Assembly: GCA_964474315.1 (NCBI GenBank)
Contig: CAYYSX010000001.1
Span: 578 to 64,577, forward strand
DNA from: an uncultured Verrucomicrobiota bacterium
GTDB lineage: Bacteria; Verrucomicrobiota; Verrucomicrobiia; Limisphaerales; UBA9464
Length of the DNA: 64,000 nucleotides
Direction of reading: 5' to 3'
The notes under the pieces are model-generated. The model was given only the letters and a program-made list of their open reading frames with translations, ran no database searches and was not told where the DNA came from. Both the position numbers and the translations under genes were made by a program. The number at the start of each line of letters is the position of its first letter. The first letter of the stretch is position 1. Positions 9,527 to 19,483 of this stretch are shown here, piece after piece.

Positions 9527-10645
9527 TCACCAGACCTCGACCGGGCCCTTGGGGACCGGGATGGCTGACCGCAGCGTGCTCGGTGGTCCATCTTCCCGCG
9601 CCAGCGCAAAGCTCGCCAGCAAGGGCGCCGGCCGGTAGCGGGGCAACAGGTCTCCCTGCTCATCGCAAAACTGCCGCCGCCATCGCAGGTAATGGTCGAG
9701 GATCTCCTGAAACTCCGCCCGTGAACTCATCTGCACGACCCGCTTGTTGAATTCCGCCACCGGTCCGAACCGCTTCGCATACCACGGCGCGACCTTGCGG
9801 AACATCACGCAGCCCAGCTCCTCGCCGAACACGTCGATCATGAGGTCCAGATGCCGTGACAGGATCCGCACCCGTTCCGCAAAAGAAGGTTCGGGCAACC
9901 GTTCGTCGGTGGCGAGGAAGTGGCGAGTGCGTCGGAAAATCCACGGATCGTAGAAGGCGCCGCGTCCAATACTCACGCCGGCACACCCGGTCTCCGCCCG
10001 CATCAACGCCGCTGCCTCCGGGGTGGTTACGTCACCATTGCCAATGACGGGAATGCGCCGGACCGCTTCCACCACGGCTCGGATTCCGGCCAGGTTCACG
10101 GTGCCGCTGAACCCCTGTTCCCGGGTCCGACCATGCACGAACACCGCGGCCGCCCCGGCGTCCTCCACCGCGCGCGCCAGATCCGGCGCGGTGAGGTTCT
10201 CGTCGTCCCAACCCAGCCGCATCTTCGCCGTCACCGGAATCGTCACCGCCTCCACCATGCGCCGCACCAGCGTGGCCGTCCGGTTCAGCTCGGTCATCAT
10301 CGCTGATCCGCCGCCCACCCGGCATACCTTCTTCACCGGACAGCCCATGTTGATGTCCACCGAACTGACTCCGAGCGACTCCAAATGAAGGGCCGCATCC
10401 CGCATTTCCTCCGGAACCGAACCGAACAACTGCACTGCCAAGGGCCGGTCGTGATCGTTGGATTCGATCAGTTTCAACGCCTTCCGGTTCCGTTCCAACA
10501 GCGAGCGCGCATTGACCAGATCGGTCGTGCAAAGGTCCACGCCGCCGAGTTCTCGCACCACGAGGCGGAAGGGCAGGTTGGTGTAACCGGCCAGCGGCGA
10601 GAGGAAGAGGTTGGACTTCAGCTCCAGCGAGCCGAACTGAATCAT
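9527..10645 (-). CDS. dusB: tRNA dihydrouridine synthase
   Basis: Motifs include LSPLAGYTNLPFRLV, DINMGCPVKKV, VTAKMRLGWD, VHGRTREQGF and IGNGDV. Confidence 0.85.
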   Translation of the reverse strand: MIQFGSLELKSNLFLSPLAGYTNLPFRLVVRELGGVDLCTTDLVNARSLLERNRKALKLIESNDHDRPLAVQLFGSVPEEMRDAALHLESLGVSSVDINMGCPVKKVCRVGGGSAMMTELNRTATLVRRMVEAVTIPVTAKMRLGWDDENLTAPDLARAVEDAGAAAVFVHGRTREQGFSGTVNLAGIRAVVEAVRRIPVIGNGDVTTPEAAALMRAETGCAGVSIGRGAFYDPWIFRRTRHFLATDERLPEPSFAERVRILSRHLDLMIDVFGEELGCVMFRKVAPWYAKRFGPVAEFNKRVVQMSSRAEFQEILDHYLRWRRQFCDEQGDLLPRYRPAPLLASFALAREDGPPSTLRSAIPVPKGPVEVW

Positions 10646-10751
10646 GAGACGACCATACGGGTGCGCGGCGGATTGTCAGTCGTCTGGTGGCGGGGAACTC
10701 TGGAGAGTCGGTGTTGTACCAACGGGAACGCGAATCGGTGCTTGTGCCGAC

Positions 10752-12161
10752 TCAATCGTTCGCGTGCTCCTTCGCTTCGGCCAGCATCCGCTCATACTCC
10801 GCCTGGCCGCCGAAGTACCGGTAATTGATCTCCCCAAGCAGAGGAATCTGCTCATTCAACACTTTCCAATCCTGGGCGCGCCAGGCGTGCAGGGCGAAGT
10901 TGTGATGCCAGCCCGTCGCTTCGGGCCACTCGCGAAAGAAGATTTCGAACGCCGACCGGATGTCCTTCCAAACCACAGGATCGCGGTAATAGGAGAGATT
11001 GACCTTTGGGGAGCGGCGGCCGCTCTTGGGATCATCCTCCCGGAAGTAGCGTTCCAATTCTTCGTGGATATCTACGATCATCAGCCGGGCGCGTTTCACC
11101 GCATTGGTATCCGTAAGGCAGGCCCGCCCGAACTGAACCACCTCCCGATTCGACCCGTGCCACTTGGGCATCAGAAACTGGACCTTGGCCTGATACAATT
11201 CATACCACCCCGACGACAGCGTCTGACCCTGCCGAAACCATCGCTCCATTTCCGCCCGCGGATGGCCACGTCCAATGCATACCCAGATCATCCGCATCGG
11301 CACCTGAGCCAGGCTGGGGCTGAGCTGCCAGGAAGTTCGCAACGCCTCCTCTCCGCGTTCCAGCCGTTTGCCGAAGAGTTTCCAGCCCTCGTCCGACACC
11401 GTGCTGGCCCAGCCGCCGCCCCGCGCGAGCCAGGCGAAATCGACATACTTATCTCCCAGTACGTACTGCGCTTCGGCCATTCCCATGTGCCGGTTGGTGA
11501 TCGCCTCTTCGAAGGACGGCCAATATTGGGCCACGAGATTGGTGTTCCACAACAGGCCGCCGAGTGGTTCCGCTAAGTCGAGGAACTCGTCACCGGGTAG
11601 GTCGGGCCGTTCCAATACTTGATAAAAATTCGCGAAGGCCAGATGTCGAGCCCGCCCTGCCTCCGGGGGAACTGGATTGGTGCTGCCCTCCGGATGAAGG
11701 CTCCGGAATGCGCGCAGATAGGCATAGCTTTTCAACAGCGGATCATACCCGGTCGTCGCCAGATCGTCGGCGATCTCGAGAATATTTGTCGTTCCGGACA
11801 TTCGTTTGCCGCCGCGCCGCCAATGGACGTAGCGGATCATCGGATCCGCGCAGTCTCGCTGGATGGCCTCGGCGGTGAAGCTGGTAATGGCCCTGGCCTG
11901 GGGACTGGTCGCGTCCAGCACGCCGGCGCGGGTGGCGGCAAACCGGCCCAGCGCATTGGTCGCCGCGGCATCCCATTGGGCGTCTCGCTGTCCGTGCTTC
12001 AAATAGCCGTTCACCAGCATTTCATAATGCCAGGACCACAGACGGTCCTCCGACCAAGCCGACGGCGACGCTGAGGCTTCCGGCGAGGACGAGGAGTCAG
12101 CAGCGTGTAGCGCCACCACGAAGACGGTAACGTAGATCAAACTCCAGGCCGGACAGGTCAT
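10752..12161 (-). CDS. hypothetical secreted helical protein (possibly DUF4034-like)
   Basis: The 469-aa ORF has an N-terminal hydrophobic signal (SLIYVTVFVVALHA). Codon bias looks coding. WYELYQAKVQFLMPKWHGS is reminiscent of DUF4034, but I have no firm homology. Confidence 0.5.
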   Translation of the reverse strand: MTCPAWSLIYVTVFVVALHAADSSSSPEASASPSAWSEDRLWSWHYEMLVNGYLKHGQRDAQWDAAATNALGRFAATRAGVLDATSPQARAITSFTAEAIQRDCADPMIRYVHWRRGGKRMSGTTNILEIADDLATTGYDPLLKSYAYLRAFRSLHPEGSTNPVPPEAGRARHLAFANFYQVLERPDLPGDEFLDLAEPLGGLLWNTNLVAQYWPSFEEAITNRHMGMAEAQYVLGDKYVDFAWLARGGGWASTVSDEGWKLFGKRLERGEEALRTSWQLSPSLAQVPMRMIWVCIGRGHPRAEMERWFRQGQTLSSGWYELYQAKVQFLMPKWHGSNREVVQFGRACLTDTNAVKRARLMIVDIHEELERYFREDDPKSGRRSPKVNLSYYRDPVVWKDIRSAFEIFFREWPEATGWHHNFALHAWRAQDWKVLNEQIPLLGEINYRYFGGQAEYERMLAEAKEHAND

Positions 12162-12238
12162 GACGAAAGCTGTTCAGGGACCGTCCGGTCGGCAAGGACG
12201 GAGATGGGCGCTCCGTGCTCGTCATAGGCCTTGATCGG

Positions 12239-14953
12239 CTATCGCTGTTTTCCGGAACGCTTCGTCGGTTGCTTGGGTGCCGGGACTGGGTTGGGCGTGG
12301 ATGCCGATTCCGGCGGGGTCGGCCCCCAAGCGAGCCAGACCGTCAGGCCGAGCGCCACCAGCAGGGCGCTGAGAGTGACCCAGAGCATCCGCATCGGAGG
12401 TGCGTACTGGAAGACCACCGTGTGCTGACCCGCCGGGACGGCCACGCCGCGCATGATGAAATTGGCGCGCAGCAGCTCGGCCGGCTGGTCGTCCACCGTC
12501 ACCTTCCAGTCCGGGTGCCACCGTTCATTCAGGAGGAGGATTCCCGCAGCCGGTGAATCGGTCTGGACCGTGATCCGTTTGGGTTGCCATTGGGTAATGG
12601 TGGCCGTAGCAGAGGCATTCGTGTCCGAACCGGGAGAAAGACTGACGGTGGAGGACAGGATGACCGACGTGGCGGGATCGAAGTCAGGACTTTTCAGCCG
12701 GGCGAGAGAACTCGAGTCATCGGTGATCGTTTCCCACTGGGTGAAGAAGCGAGCCCGGGGCAGGGCGCGGGTGTTCTCGAAGATGGCGTACTGGCCGTCG
12801 GGGTCGGCGACCGCGGTGATGTCGTCCAGCGTCAATCCGGCGCCGGGCGGGACTCCCGCTTTCTGCGTCAGGTCAAATACGAGGACCGGTTTGAACCCGT
12901 TGCCGACGCCGACCGACTGCGGGTTGAGTACATCGCCTCCCGGCTCCGGCAAATCGATCGGCATGTTGCTGATACCGGCAAACTGCTGGTTGAGCACGCT
13001 CTCGAATCCGCGCGCGCCGAGCACGTAGCGAACGTTGGTCAGGTCCCACAAGCGTCCCACGAGCGCGAGGTCGGCTTCGGTCTTTGGGGAAAAGGCCTCC
13101 AGCATGGCTTCATCCAGTTCGGGGCGGCGGGGCATCTGCCAAATATCGAGCGTCTGAATCTCATTGTAGGGCATTTGGTTCTCCAGCCACTGGTTGTGGA
13201 CCGTGGCCCAAGTGCGGTCCTGGGGTGCGCTAAACGTGGAACGCATGACGGGATAGGGCCGGGCGACCACCCGGTGTTCCCAAGGTTTCTGGCGGAGAAA
13301 ATCGGTGACTGCATTGGGCTCATAGCGCCGCTGGTAATTGAAATGCAGGACGAAAGGCGTCGCGGCGCGTGCCAGGTCCGCCACCAGGATGATCCCGAGC
13401 AATCCGCCGGCCCACCCCGGCCGGCCCGCAAACCGGCCGGCCGCCAGCAATGCCAACAGCAGGCAGCCTACCACGGTCGTGAGGGCGAAAAGCCCGACTT
13501 CGCGCACGCTGAAGGCCGCCATGGCTCGGCCCTCGGCGCCCGAAAAGCCAAGCTGGGCGAGATGTTGGGTCAGGGCCGGTTGGTAGGAGGCATAGATCAA
13601 GGCCAGCGCCGCGGCTCCTCCTGTTAATCCCACCAAGGTCCAGGCCCAGCGCCGCTCGAAGCCGGTGACCGAGCGCCACCACTTCGGCAGGGCTCCTCCG
13701 GTGGTGGTGGGCGATTCCACATACAGCCGCCACATACCCTGCAATCCGTAGGCAAACAGGATGATCAGGGCGAGGTGGGTGAGATGCAGGAATTTCATTG
13801 GCCCTCGGATGGTCGAGAAGTACGGCAAGGCGAAGACGACCTGATAAAACGGCGCGTAGTGCCCGAAGGATAGCAGCAGGGTCACCAGGGCGGTGAGAGC
13901 CCAGAATCCGATCAATTTCCGTTCTCGATCGGAGAAAGGCTGGCGTCCGGAGCGCGTCAAGGCCCGGGCCACGGCCCAGCCGGCCAGGATGAGCACGAGC
14001 ACTCCGGCGTATTCCCCGCCACCATTGAAACGCGGCGGCGAAATATCCCCACCCACGCTGCCCCAATAGAGTTCCTCCCCGGGTGAGATGGAGCGGACGC
14101 CCATGATCCCGGGGATGGCCAGCCGGATTACCTCCAACTTTGGAAAGCTCAGTCCGCTGACAAACTGCCAGCGTTGTTCCCGCGCCGCCGCATCCTCGCC
14201 CATGCCGGTGACGCCTTGGATCTGGGTGCCGATCAAGGAACTTAAGGCAAGGGCCGAGATCCAGAACGCACAGGCCACGATCACCGCAAAACGTCCGACT
14301 GACAGGAGGGCTCTCCGTCCCAATGAGCCTGGCCCGATCAGAGTGTTAAGCACCATAAAGGCACCTACCATAACACTGAAGTAGGCGCCCACGTCGGCGC
14401 CTTCCATGACAGTCATCCCCGTCGCAAAGCCGGCCAGGGCTAGGCGAAGCCAGGCATGAATCCCTCCCTTGTCTCGCTCGTGCTGGGTGACGGCGGCGAG
14501 GGCGAGGGCAGCGAATGCCACCGTTGCCGCCCGTGATCCGAGACCCCAAGTGGCATGGGAAAGAAGGTTTCCATTGAACGCGATGGCGAGGGCAGGTAAC
14601 GCGCTAGCCACGGGGCCGAAGCCTTGGCGCCTCCCAAAGATCCATACGGCAACGGCGGCGAATCCAAGCGAGAGCATCGCCGCAAACTTGGCGAAAAAGA
14701 TCGCCCCTCCCAGGAGGTATAACCCATGGGAGAAGTTCGGAAGGGTGCTGAGGGTAGGCCCACCGACCCAGACGTTATGCAGCCAGGAGCCGCCCAGAAA
14801 ATAGTCCCAGCGCACCGCAGAGTACGCCTGCATCAGTCCCAACGGTGCGTCGTTCGCGAAACCTGCCATTCCCGGCCGAAAGCCATCCCGGAAGAGGAAT
14901 CCGAGTACCACCGTCAGCACGGCCAGAAACCAAAGAAAAGGGCCTCGTTTCAT
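12239..14953 (-). CDS. YfhO-like polytopic membrane protein (GT-C fold glycosyltransferase candidate)
   Basis: The protein is 904 aa with many hydrophobic helices in the first ~520 aa. A large extracytoplasmic C-terminal domain ends in ERWHPDWKVTVDDQPAELLRANFIMRGVAVPAGQHTVVFQYAPP followed by a final transmembrane segment. This is the pattern I associate with YfhO. Confidence 0.7.
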   Translation of the reverse strand: MKRGPFLWFLAVLTVVLGFLFRDGFRPGMAGFANDAPLGLMQAYSAVRWDYFLGGSWLHNVWVGGPTLSTLPNFSHGLYLLGGAIFFAKFAAMLSLGFAAVAVWIFGRRQGFGPVASALPALAIAFNGNLLSHATWGLGSRAATVAFAALALAAVTQHERDKGGIHAWLRLALAGFATGMTVMEGADVGAYFSVMVGAFMVLNTLIGPGSLGRRALLSVGRFAVIVACAFWISALALSSLIGTQIQGVTGMGEDAAAREQRWQFVSGLSFPKLEVIRLAIPGIMGVRSISPGEELYWGSVGGDISPPRFNGGGEYAGVLVLILAGWAVARALTRSGRQPFSDRERKLIGFWALTALVTLLLSFGHYAPFYQVVFALPYFSTIRGPMKFLHLTHLALIILFAYGLQGMWRLYVESPTTTGGALPKWWRSVTGFERRWAWTLVGLTGGAAALALIYASYQPALTQHLAQLGFSGAEGRAMAAFSVREVGLFALTTVVGCLLLALLAAGRFAGRPGWAGGLLGIILVADLARAATPFVLHFNYQRRYEPNAVTDFLRQKPWEHRVVARPYPVMRSTFSAPQDRTWATVHNQWLENQMPYNEIQTLDIWQMPRRPELDEAMLEAFSPKTEADLALVGRLWDLTNVRYVLGARGFESVLNQQFAGISNMPIDLPEPGGDVLNPQSVGVGNGFKPVLVFDLTQKAGVPPGAGLTLDDITAVADPDGQYAIFENTRALPRARFFTQWETITDDSSSLARLKSPDFDPATSVILSSTVSLSPGSDTNASATATITQWQPKRITVQTDSPAAGILLLNERWHPDWKVTVDDQPAELLRANFIMRGVAVPAGQHTVVFQYAPPMRMLWVTLSALLVALGLTVWLAWGPTPPESASTPNPVPAPKQPTKRSGKQR

Positions 14954-15012
14954 GAGTAGTCGGCTCTAGTCTGGGTGGGCGGCCGGTCTGCTTCAATCTT
15001 ACAGACGCCAAG

Positions 15013-16074
15013 TTATAGCCGGCGGTTGCGGCGCAAGCGCCGGAAGGCCGCCAGGATTACCCGCTGTGTCACGTCCAGAATCACCCGGATGCGAAATCCT
15101 ACTGTTTCGCGGGCCAACGATTCACGGATGGCGTTCCACTCAGGTCGCATGTCGCAACGCCACAGAAGTCCCAGAAGGACCATATACAGCGACAGACCGT
15201 GGTAGCGGACCCAATTCAACTGCGGGGTGTAGTCCGGCCGGCGCAAAAACACCCGGAAGTCGTGCAGGATCACATTGAGGGGCATCCAATGGGTTTTGAC
15301 TGGCACTCCTTCCGTCAGGCGTTCCAGCGGGACCGGCAGTTCACGGAACCAGCGCTGTGCAGTCTCATCCTTGCGGATGCAGGATAGGCCATTTGAAAAC
15401 GTGCCCTTCTTCCGGAGGCTGGTGGGGATAAAGATCACGTCACCGGGAAAGTGAAGGATTCCCTCAACCCGACTGAGAACCTGGTAGGCTTGGCTATGGT
15501 CGGGTGCGAGGTGTGAGAAGACACATCCGGTGGCGCTATGGGCCTGCAGGTCCCGTAGCAGAGCGGAGGATGCACAGGAGTTGAGTCCTCGAGGCAGGTA
15601 CTGCCAACTGTCCTCGTCAAAATCACAGTAGCGGTCCAACAGCTCCCGGCTGGTCATTCGAACGGGTGCCAGGTCGGGCGGCGCCGGAGAGAGGCCTTCT
15701 TCCGGAGTGAGCACCACCGGATAGGTAATCACAGCGTCCGGGGCCTGGAGAAGGATGCGGTGAAGCGTCTCCAAGGCATTCGAGTTTAAGCGCTGCTTGT
15801 CTTCCAGGACCAGGACGTGGAGTCCGCCGGATTGGTTGAAAGCGAATTCCCAGTTCTCATGCATTGGCAGGCAACCGGAGGTCCGAAAGTAACGGATCCG
15901 CGGATCGATGAAGCAGGCTACGACCTCCCGGGTTGCCACGGAGGAATCATCGTTGTCGGAAACAATCAACTCCCAGTCGGAGAAGGTTTGGACTAATACG
16001 CTCTGGATCGCCTCACCAACGATGATCGAGCGGTTCTTCGTGGGGAGAAGGACGCTAAAGAAAGGGGCAGACAT
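15013..16074 (-). CDS. glycosyltransferase family 2
   Basis: FFSVLLPTKNRSIIVGEAIQSVLVQTFSDWELIVSDNDDS is a GT-A N-terminus with a DxD-like DND motif. The start is at MSAPFF (16074). An alternative ATG lies at 16134. Confidence 0.8.
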   Translation of the reverse strand: MSAPFFSVLLPTKNRSIIVGEAIQSVLVQTFSDWELIVSDNDDSSVATREVVACFIDPRIRYFRTSGCLPMHENWEFAFNQSGGLHVLVLEDKQRLNSNALETLHRILLQAPDAVITYPVVLTPEEGLSPAPPDLAPVRMTSRELLDRYCDFDEDSWQYLPRGLNSCASSALLRDLQAHSATGCVFSHLAPDHSQAYQVLSRVEGILHFPGDVIFIPTSLRKKGTFSNGLSCIRKDETAQRWFRELPVPLERLTEGVPVKTHWMPLNVILHDFRVFLRRPDYTPQLNWVRYHGLSLYMVLLGLLWRCDMRPEWNAIRESLARETVGFRIRVILDVTQRVILAAFRRLRRNRRL

Positions 16075-16158
16075 TTTGGTGAAGCGAAAGAGGGCCGAGT
16101 GCCGGAGCCTAGGGCGAATGGTTGCGCAGGACACCGCCGTCAGGCGCCGAATTTGACG

Positions 16159-17319
16159 TTACAGAACAGCTACCTTCCCAGTAAATGAGCCCTTCCGGAG
16201 GGTTCGGCGAATTTCGCGCGCGTAATTTGGATTGGCGATGAGAACCAAGCTGATGCCGTTGAGCCGCGAGTCATCAGGAGCAATGATCGGAACCCTTTTC
16301 CCCGGAATCACGCCGCCCTGTTTGGCCGGATTTGAGTCGATGACCACCGATGGGCGCACCGTGGACAATTGACTGACGAGAGCTACCCCCTTTGCTCCGG
16401 CACCCCAGATCGCCCAGGGACGTTTTCCGGCCTTTTCCCGAATGGATCTCTCCAACGCAGCCAGCTTTCTTCTGGCATTTCTCGCGAACAAGCCAAGTGA
16501 CGCGCCAACTGGGATTCCCGGGGCCGGTCGAACGCGACTTCGGCAACCAGTGGCTACCTCCAGTTCCAATGTCTGGTACTGACCGCCAAAAACGGATCGC
16601 TGACGCAGGATGCGAAAACCGGCCAACGAGGCGAGGTGCGCCAGACTGGGAGACGGAAAATAGTTACAGTGCTCGTAAAAGATGTCCCAAACCGAGGTCT
16701 GTCTCGCGATCCATTCGAAACGCGGTGTCTCCAACAAGACGACCCGCGCCCGAGCGGAGGCAGCGATGGCCTGCAGCTCGCCCAGAAATTTCCCCACCGC
16801 CGGAACATGCTCAATCACGTGTCGGCAGACAACCGCGTCGAATTCCCCGGGAACATCCTGGGCGTACAGATAACGCCGTTCGAACTTGAGGCCTGGTGGC
16901 TCCGGCTGTCCCGATGGTTCAAACGAGGTATCAAATCCCACCCCCCTCGTTCCGGCCGCCTGGCAGAGGAGCCGGAGAAAATCGCCTTTGCCACAGCCGA
17001 CCTCCAGAATGCCCCGCGGCTTCAAGGGATAACGACTGGTCAGGTCGTCTGCCAAACGCTGGAGATAGTCCGCAAAGGCGGGGGAAAAACACTGTCGGTT
17101 CTCGTAATTGGCGTCGTAGGGCACCACGTCGGCAGAAAACTTGGAGTTAAAAATGAGGCCGCATCGGCGGCACTGTCGAAGAAAGAGATCACGCCGCGGA
17201 ACGCGTTGAGCGGATGCGGCATCGGCGAACCGATAGTTAAGCACCACCGGTTGGCGCTTTAGGGAAAACTCTCCCGAGAATCGCTCCCCTCCGCAGCCCG
17301 GGCAGGACCGTTGAATCAT
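16159..17319 (-). CDS. SAM-dependent C-methyltransferase (NDP-hexose C-methyltransferase-like)
   Basis: The N-terminal Zn-ribbon is CPGCGG...CRRCGLIF. The SAM motif is ILEVGCGKGDFL. A C-terminal Rossmann-like domain contains WAIWGAGAKGV. The start overlaps the epimerase stop in an ATGA at 17316-17319. Confidence 0.75.
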   Translation of the reverse strand: MIQRSCPGCGGERFSGEFSLKRQPVVLNYRFADAASAQRVPRRDLFLRQCRRCGLIFNSKFSADVVPYDANYENRQCFSPAFADYLQRLADDLTSRYPLKPRGILEVGCGKGDFLRLLCQAAGTRGVGFDTSFEPSGQPEPPGLKFERRYLYAQDVPGEFDAVVCRHVIEHVPAVGKFLGELQAIAASARARVVLLETPRFEWIARQTSVWDIFYEHCNYFPSPSLAHLASLAGFRILRQRSVFGGQYQTLELEVATGCRSRVRPAPGIPVGASLGLFARNARRKLAALERSIREKAGKRPWAIWGAGAKGVALVSQLSTVRPSVVIDSNPAKQGGVIPGKRVPIIAPDDSRLNGISLVLIANPNYAREIRRTLRKGSFTGKVAVL

Positions 17320-18230
17320 GAAGCCGAGGTCTCTATCAGGCCGCGGACACCCGCTTCAAGCCCGACCTGTGGAGACCAGCCAAGTGCCCGAAGGCGGGAA
17401 ATGTCGGCGACGACATGGAACAGAGGGTCGGCCGAAGGACGTTCCGACGGCTGGACCAATTCGGGGCACCCCAATGTCGCGGCGATGGTCTGAGCGATTA
17501 GAAGGACGGATGAACCTGTGCCCGTACCCACGTTGATCGGGCCGTCGTACCCACGTTCAGCAATGTGGAGAAGCGCCCTCCCAACTTCATCGACATGGAT
17601 GTAGTCCTTGACGCTGAAGGGAGTCATCAAGGTTACTGGCTCACCGCATCGGAAACGACGGATGAGCGAGGTGCATAACTTGGAAGGGGGTTCTCCCGGC
17701 CCATAGAGGTAAAAAAGTCGAGCCCAGGCCAACTGGGTCGAAACAGCCGGAAGCGTCTCTTCCAGCCGGCGTCGAAGTTCATCTTTGCAACAGGCGTACG
17801 TCGAAAGGGGGGCAATGGGCGTGTCATTTTCCCGCATGGGTTGCCCGGTGATCTGATACTCAAGGCAAGTTCCCAAGAGAACAAACCGTCTCAGGCCGCG
17901 GGCAGCCAACCCCCGCACAAAGGCTTCGCTCCAATCCACCCAAAGAGGGTTTCCGGGTGACTCGAAATAGACTCCTGGCGCCACTTCCCAAGCCGCGTGA
18001 ACCAGGACTTCTGGCTGAAAGCGTTCAATCTGAGTCCACGGGGGTGAATCGATGGGCGCTTGGACGTGGTGCCACTCGGAACCGCTCCCGGCTGGCCACC
18101 GCGAAAAAGAAAGCACTTCATGCCCCCGAGCAACGGCCTGCCGGGCTATACGCCTTCCGATGAACCCCGAGCCACCGCTGAGGAGGATTCTCACCGGAGA
18201 AACTTCAGCCGAGGGGATTCCGGCTGGCAA
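17316..18230 (-). CDS. NAD-dependent epimerase/dehydratase (extended SDR)
   Basis: RILLSGGSGFIGRRIA is the GxxGxxG motif. YACCK is the YxxxK catalytic motif. Confidence 0.8.
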   Translation of the reverse strand: MPAGIPSAEVSPVRILLSGGSGFIGRRIARQAVARGHEVLSFSRWPAGSGSEWHHVQAPIDSPPWTQIERFQPEVLVHAAWEVAPGVYFESPGNPLWVDWSEAFVRGLAARGLRRFVLLGTCLEYQITGQPMRENDTPIAPLSTYACCKDELRRRLEETLPAVSTQLAWARLFYLYGPGEPPSKLCTSLIRRFRCGEPVTLMTPFSVKDYIHVDEVGRALLHIAERGYDGPINVGTGTGSSVLLIAQTIAATLGCPELVQPSERPSADPLFHVVADISRLRALGWSPQVGLEAGVRGLIETSAS

Positions 18231-18254
18231 CCCGGGAGGTTGACCGGAGATCCA

Positions 18255-19409
18255 TTATTGGCGTCGGCGGCGGATGGCCATGACCGAGCCGGCGAGGAGA
18301 ATGCCAAAGACCGCGGTGGGACTCGACGACTCCGGTACCGCCGTCGCGATGACGTTATCGATGGCGGCAAGCTGGGACGAGGCGTCGTCTAGGGAGAGAA
18401 AGGTCAACGTGGAGAGGGAACCGGAGGCATTGAAAGAAAGGGTCTTTTCCTCCCAAATGAAATCCGAATCCCAGTTCAAGAGCGGATAATAACCGAAGGC
18501 GTCCCCGACGAAGGCCGCGATGGTTCCTGTGCCATCTTTGCCCCAGTCCTCCTGGGTGGCGGCCAGGAAGGTGACTTCATACAACTCACCCGGAACCGTG
18601 TCGAAGGCTTGGCTGATCCCGCCGCCTTGGTAGGTGAAGGGGGCAAGGTCCACCGCTTTGATGCCGTCCCCAATGACGGTTGGGTAAGGGAAACCCAGAC
18701 CGATGTCGTCATGGGTAAAGATCTCGACCCCATTCAGTTGGGTCATCCAACCATCGATGTAGCTCGATCCGCCAGGGACATACTCGTAACCTCCCGGCGG
18801 GTTCTCAAAGCTCCCGTTGGTCAATAGGTTGACCCCGCCGCCGGAAGGAACAACCGAAACCCCGTCGAGAGCGGCAACATGAAGGAGGGGATTGTCCAGG
18901 GAGAGGAACGTCAGCGTCGAACTGGTTCCGGTGGCGGTGAAGGAAAAACTTTTGGATTCCCACACCAAATCAAGGCTGTGATTGACCAGCGGGAAAACTT
19001 CCACCTGCGGGGCGACCACGGCCAACACGTTGCCGGTTCCGTCCTTTCCCCAGTTGGCCTGGGTCGCCGCTTGGAAGGAAATGTCATAGGTTTGGTTAGG
19101 CGTGGTGGCGAAGGACTGTTGCAATCCACCACCAACGTAAGTGACGGGGGCCAGATCGACGGCTTTGACTCCATCGGGGATGGTGGACGGATACGGAAAC
19201 CCCAGGCCCAAATCGTTGCTCGTGAAGATCTCGACGCCGTTCAAAATGGTCTGCCAGCCGGATGGGATAAAATTACCGCCCGGCACGTATTCATAGTCGC
19301 CGGGCGGCTCTTCGAAGCTTCCGTTCTGGAGTAGATTGGTAGCAAAAACCGGGCTCCCGAATGCAAGCCCAACCAAGCTGAAACAGGTGATCTGGGGGAG
19401 GGATTTCAT
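18255..19409 (-). CDS. PEP-CTERM-anchored protein with two tandem DUF642/'choice-of-anchor C'-like domains
   Basis: The signal peptide is MKSLPQITCFSLVGLAFGSPVFA. Two ~175-aa repeats each start NLL(Q/T)NGSFE.PPG.YEYVPGG and end TLTFLSLD. The C-terminus is VPESSSPTAVFGILLAGSVMAIRRRRQ (PEP-like motif, transmembrane segment, Arg cluster). Confidence 0.7.
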   Translation of the reverse strand: MKSLPQITCFSLVGLAFGSPVFATNLLQNGSFEEPPGDYEYVPGGNFIPSGWQTILNGVEIFTSNDLGLGFPYPSTIPDGVKAVDLAPVTYVGGGLQQSFATTPNQTYDISFQAATQANWGKDGTGNVLAVVAPQVEVFPLVNHSLDLVWESKSFSFTATGTSSTLTFLSLDNPLLHVAALDGVSVVPSGGGVNLLTNGSFENPPGGYEYVPGGSSYIDGWMTQLNGVEIFTHDDIGLGFPYPTVIGDGIKAVDLAPFTYQGGGISQAFDTVPGELYEVTFLAATQEDWGKDGTGTIAAFVGDAFGYYPLLNWDSDFIWEEKTLSFNASGSLSTLTFLSLDDASSQLAAIDNVIATAVPESSSPTAVFGILLAGSVMAIRRRRQ

Positions 19410-19483
19410 ATGATGTGCAGAGCAGTACACTCGGACCGATCATAGTTGTCAACATAATTGGATCATCTGGTGGTTCGACCCGA

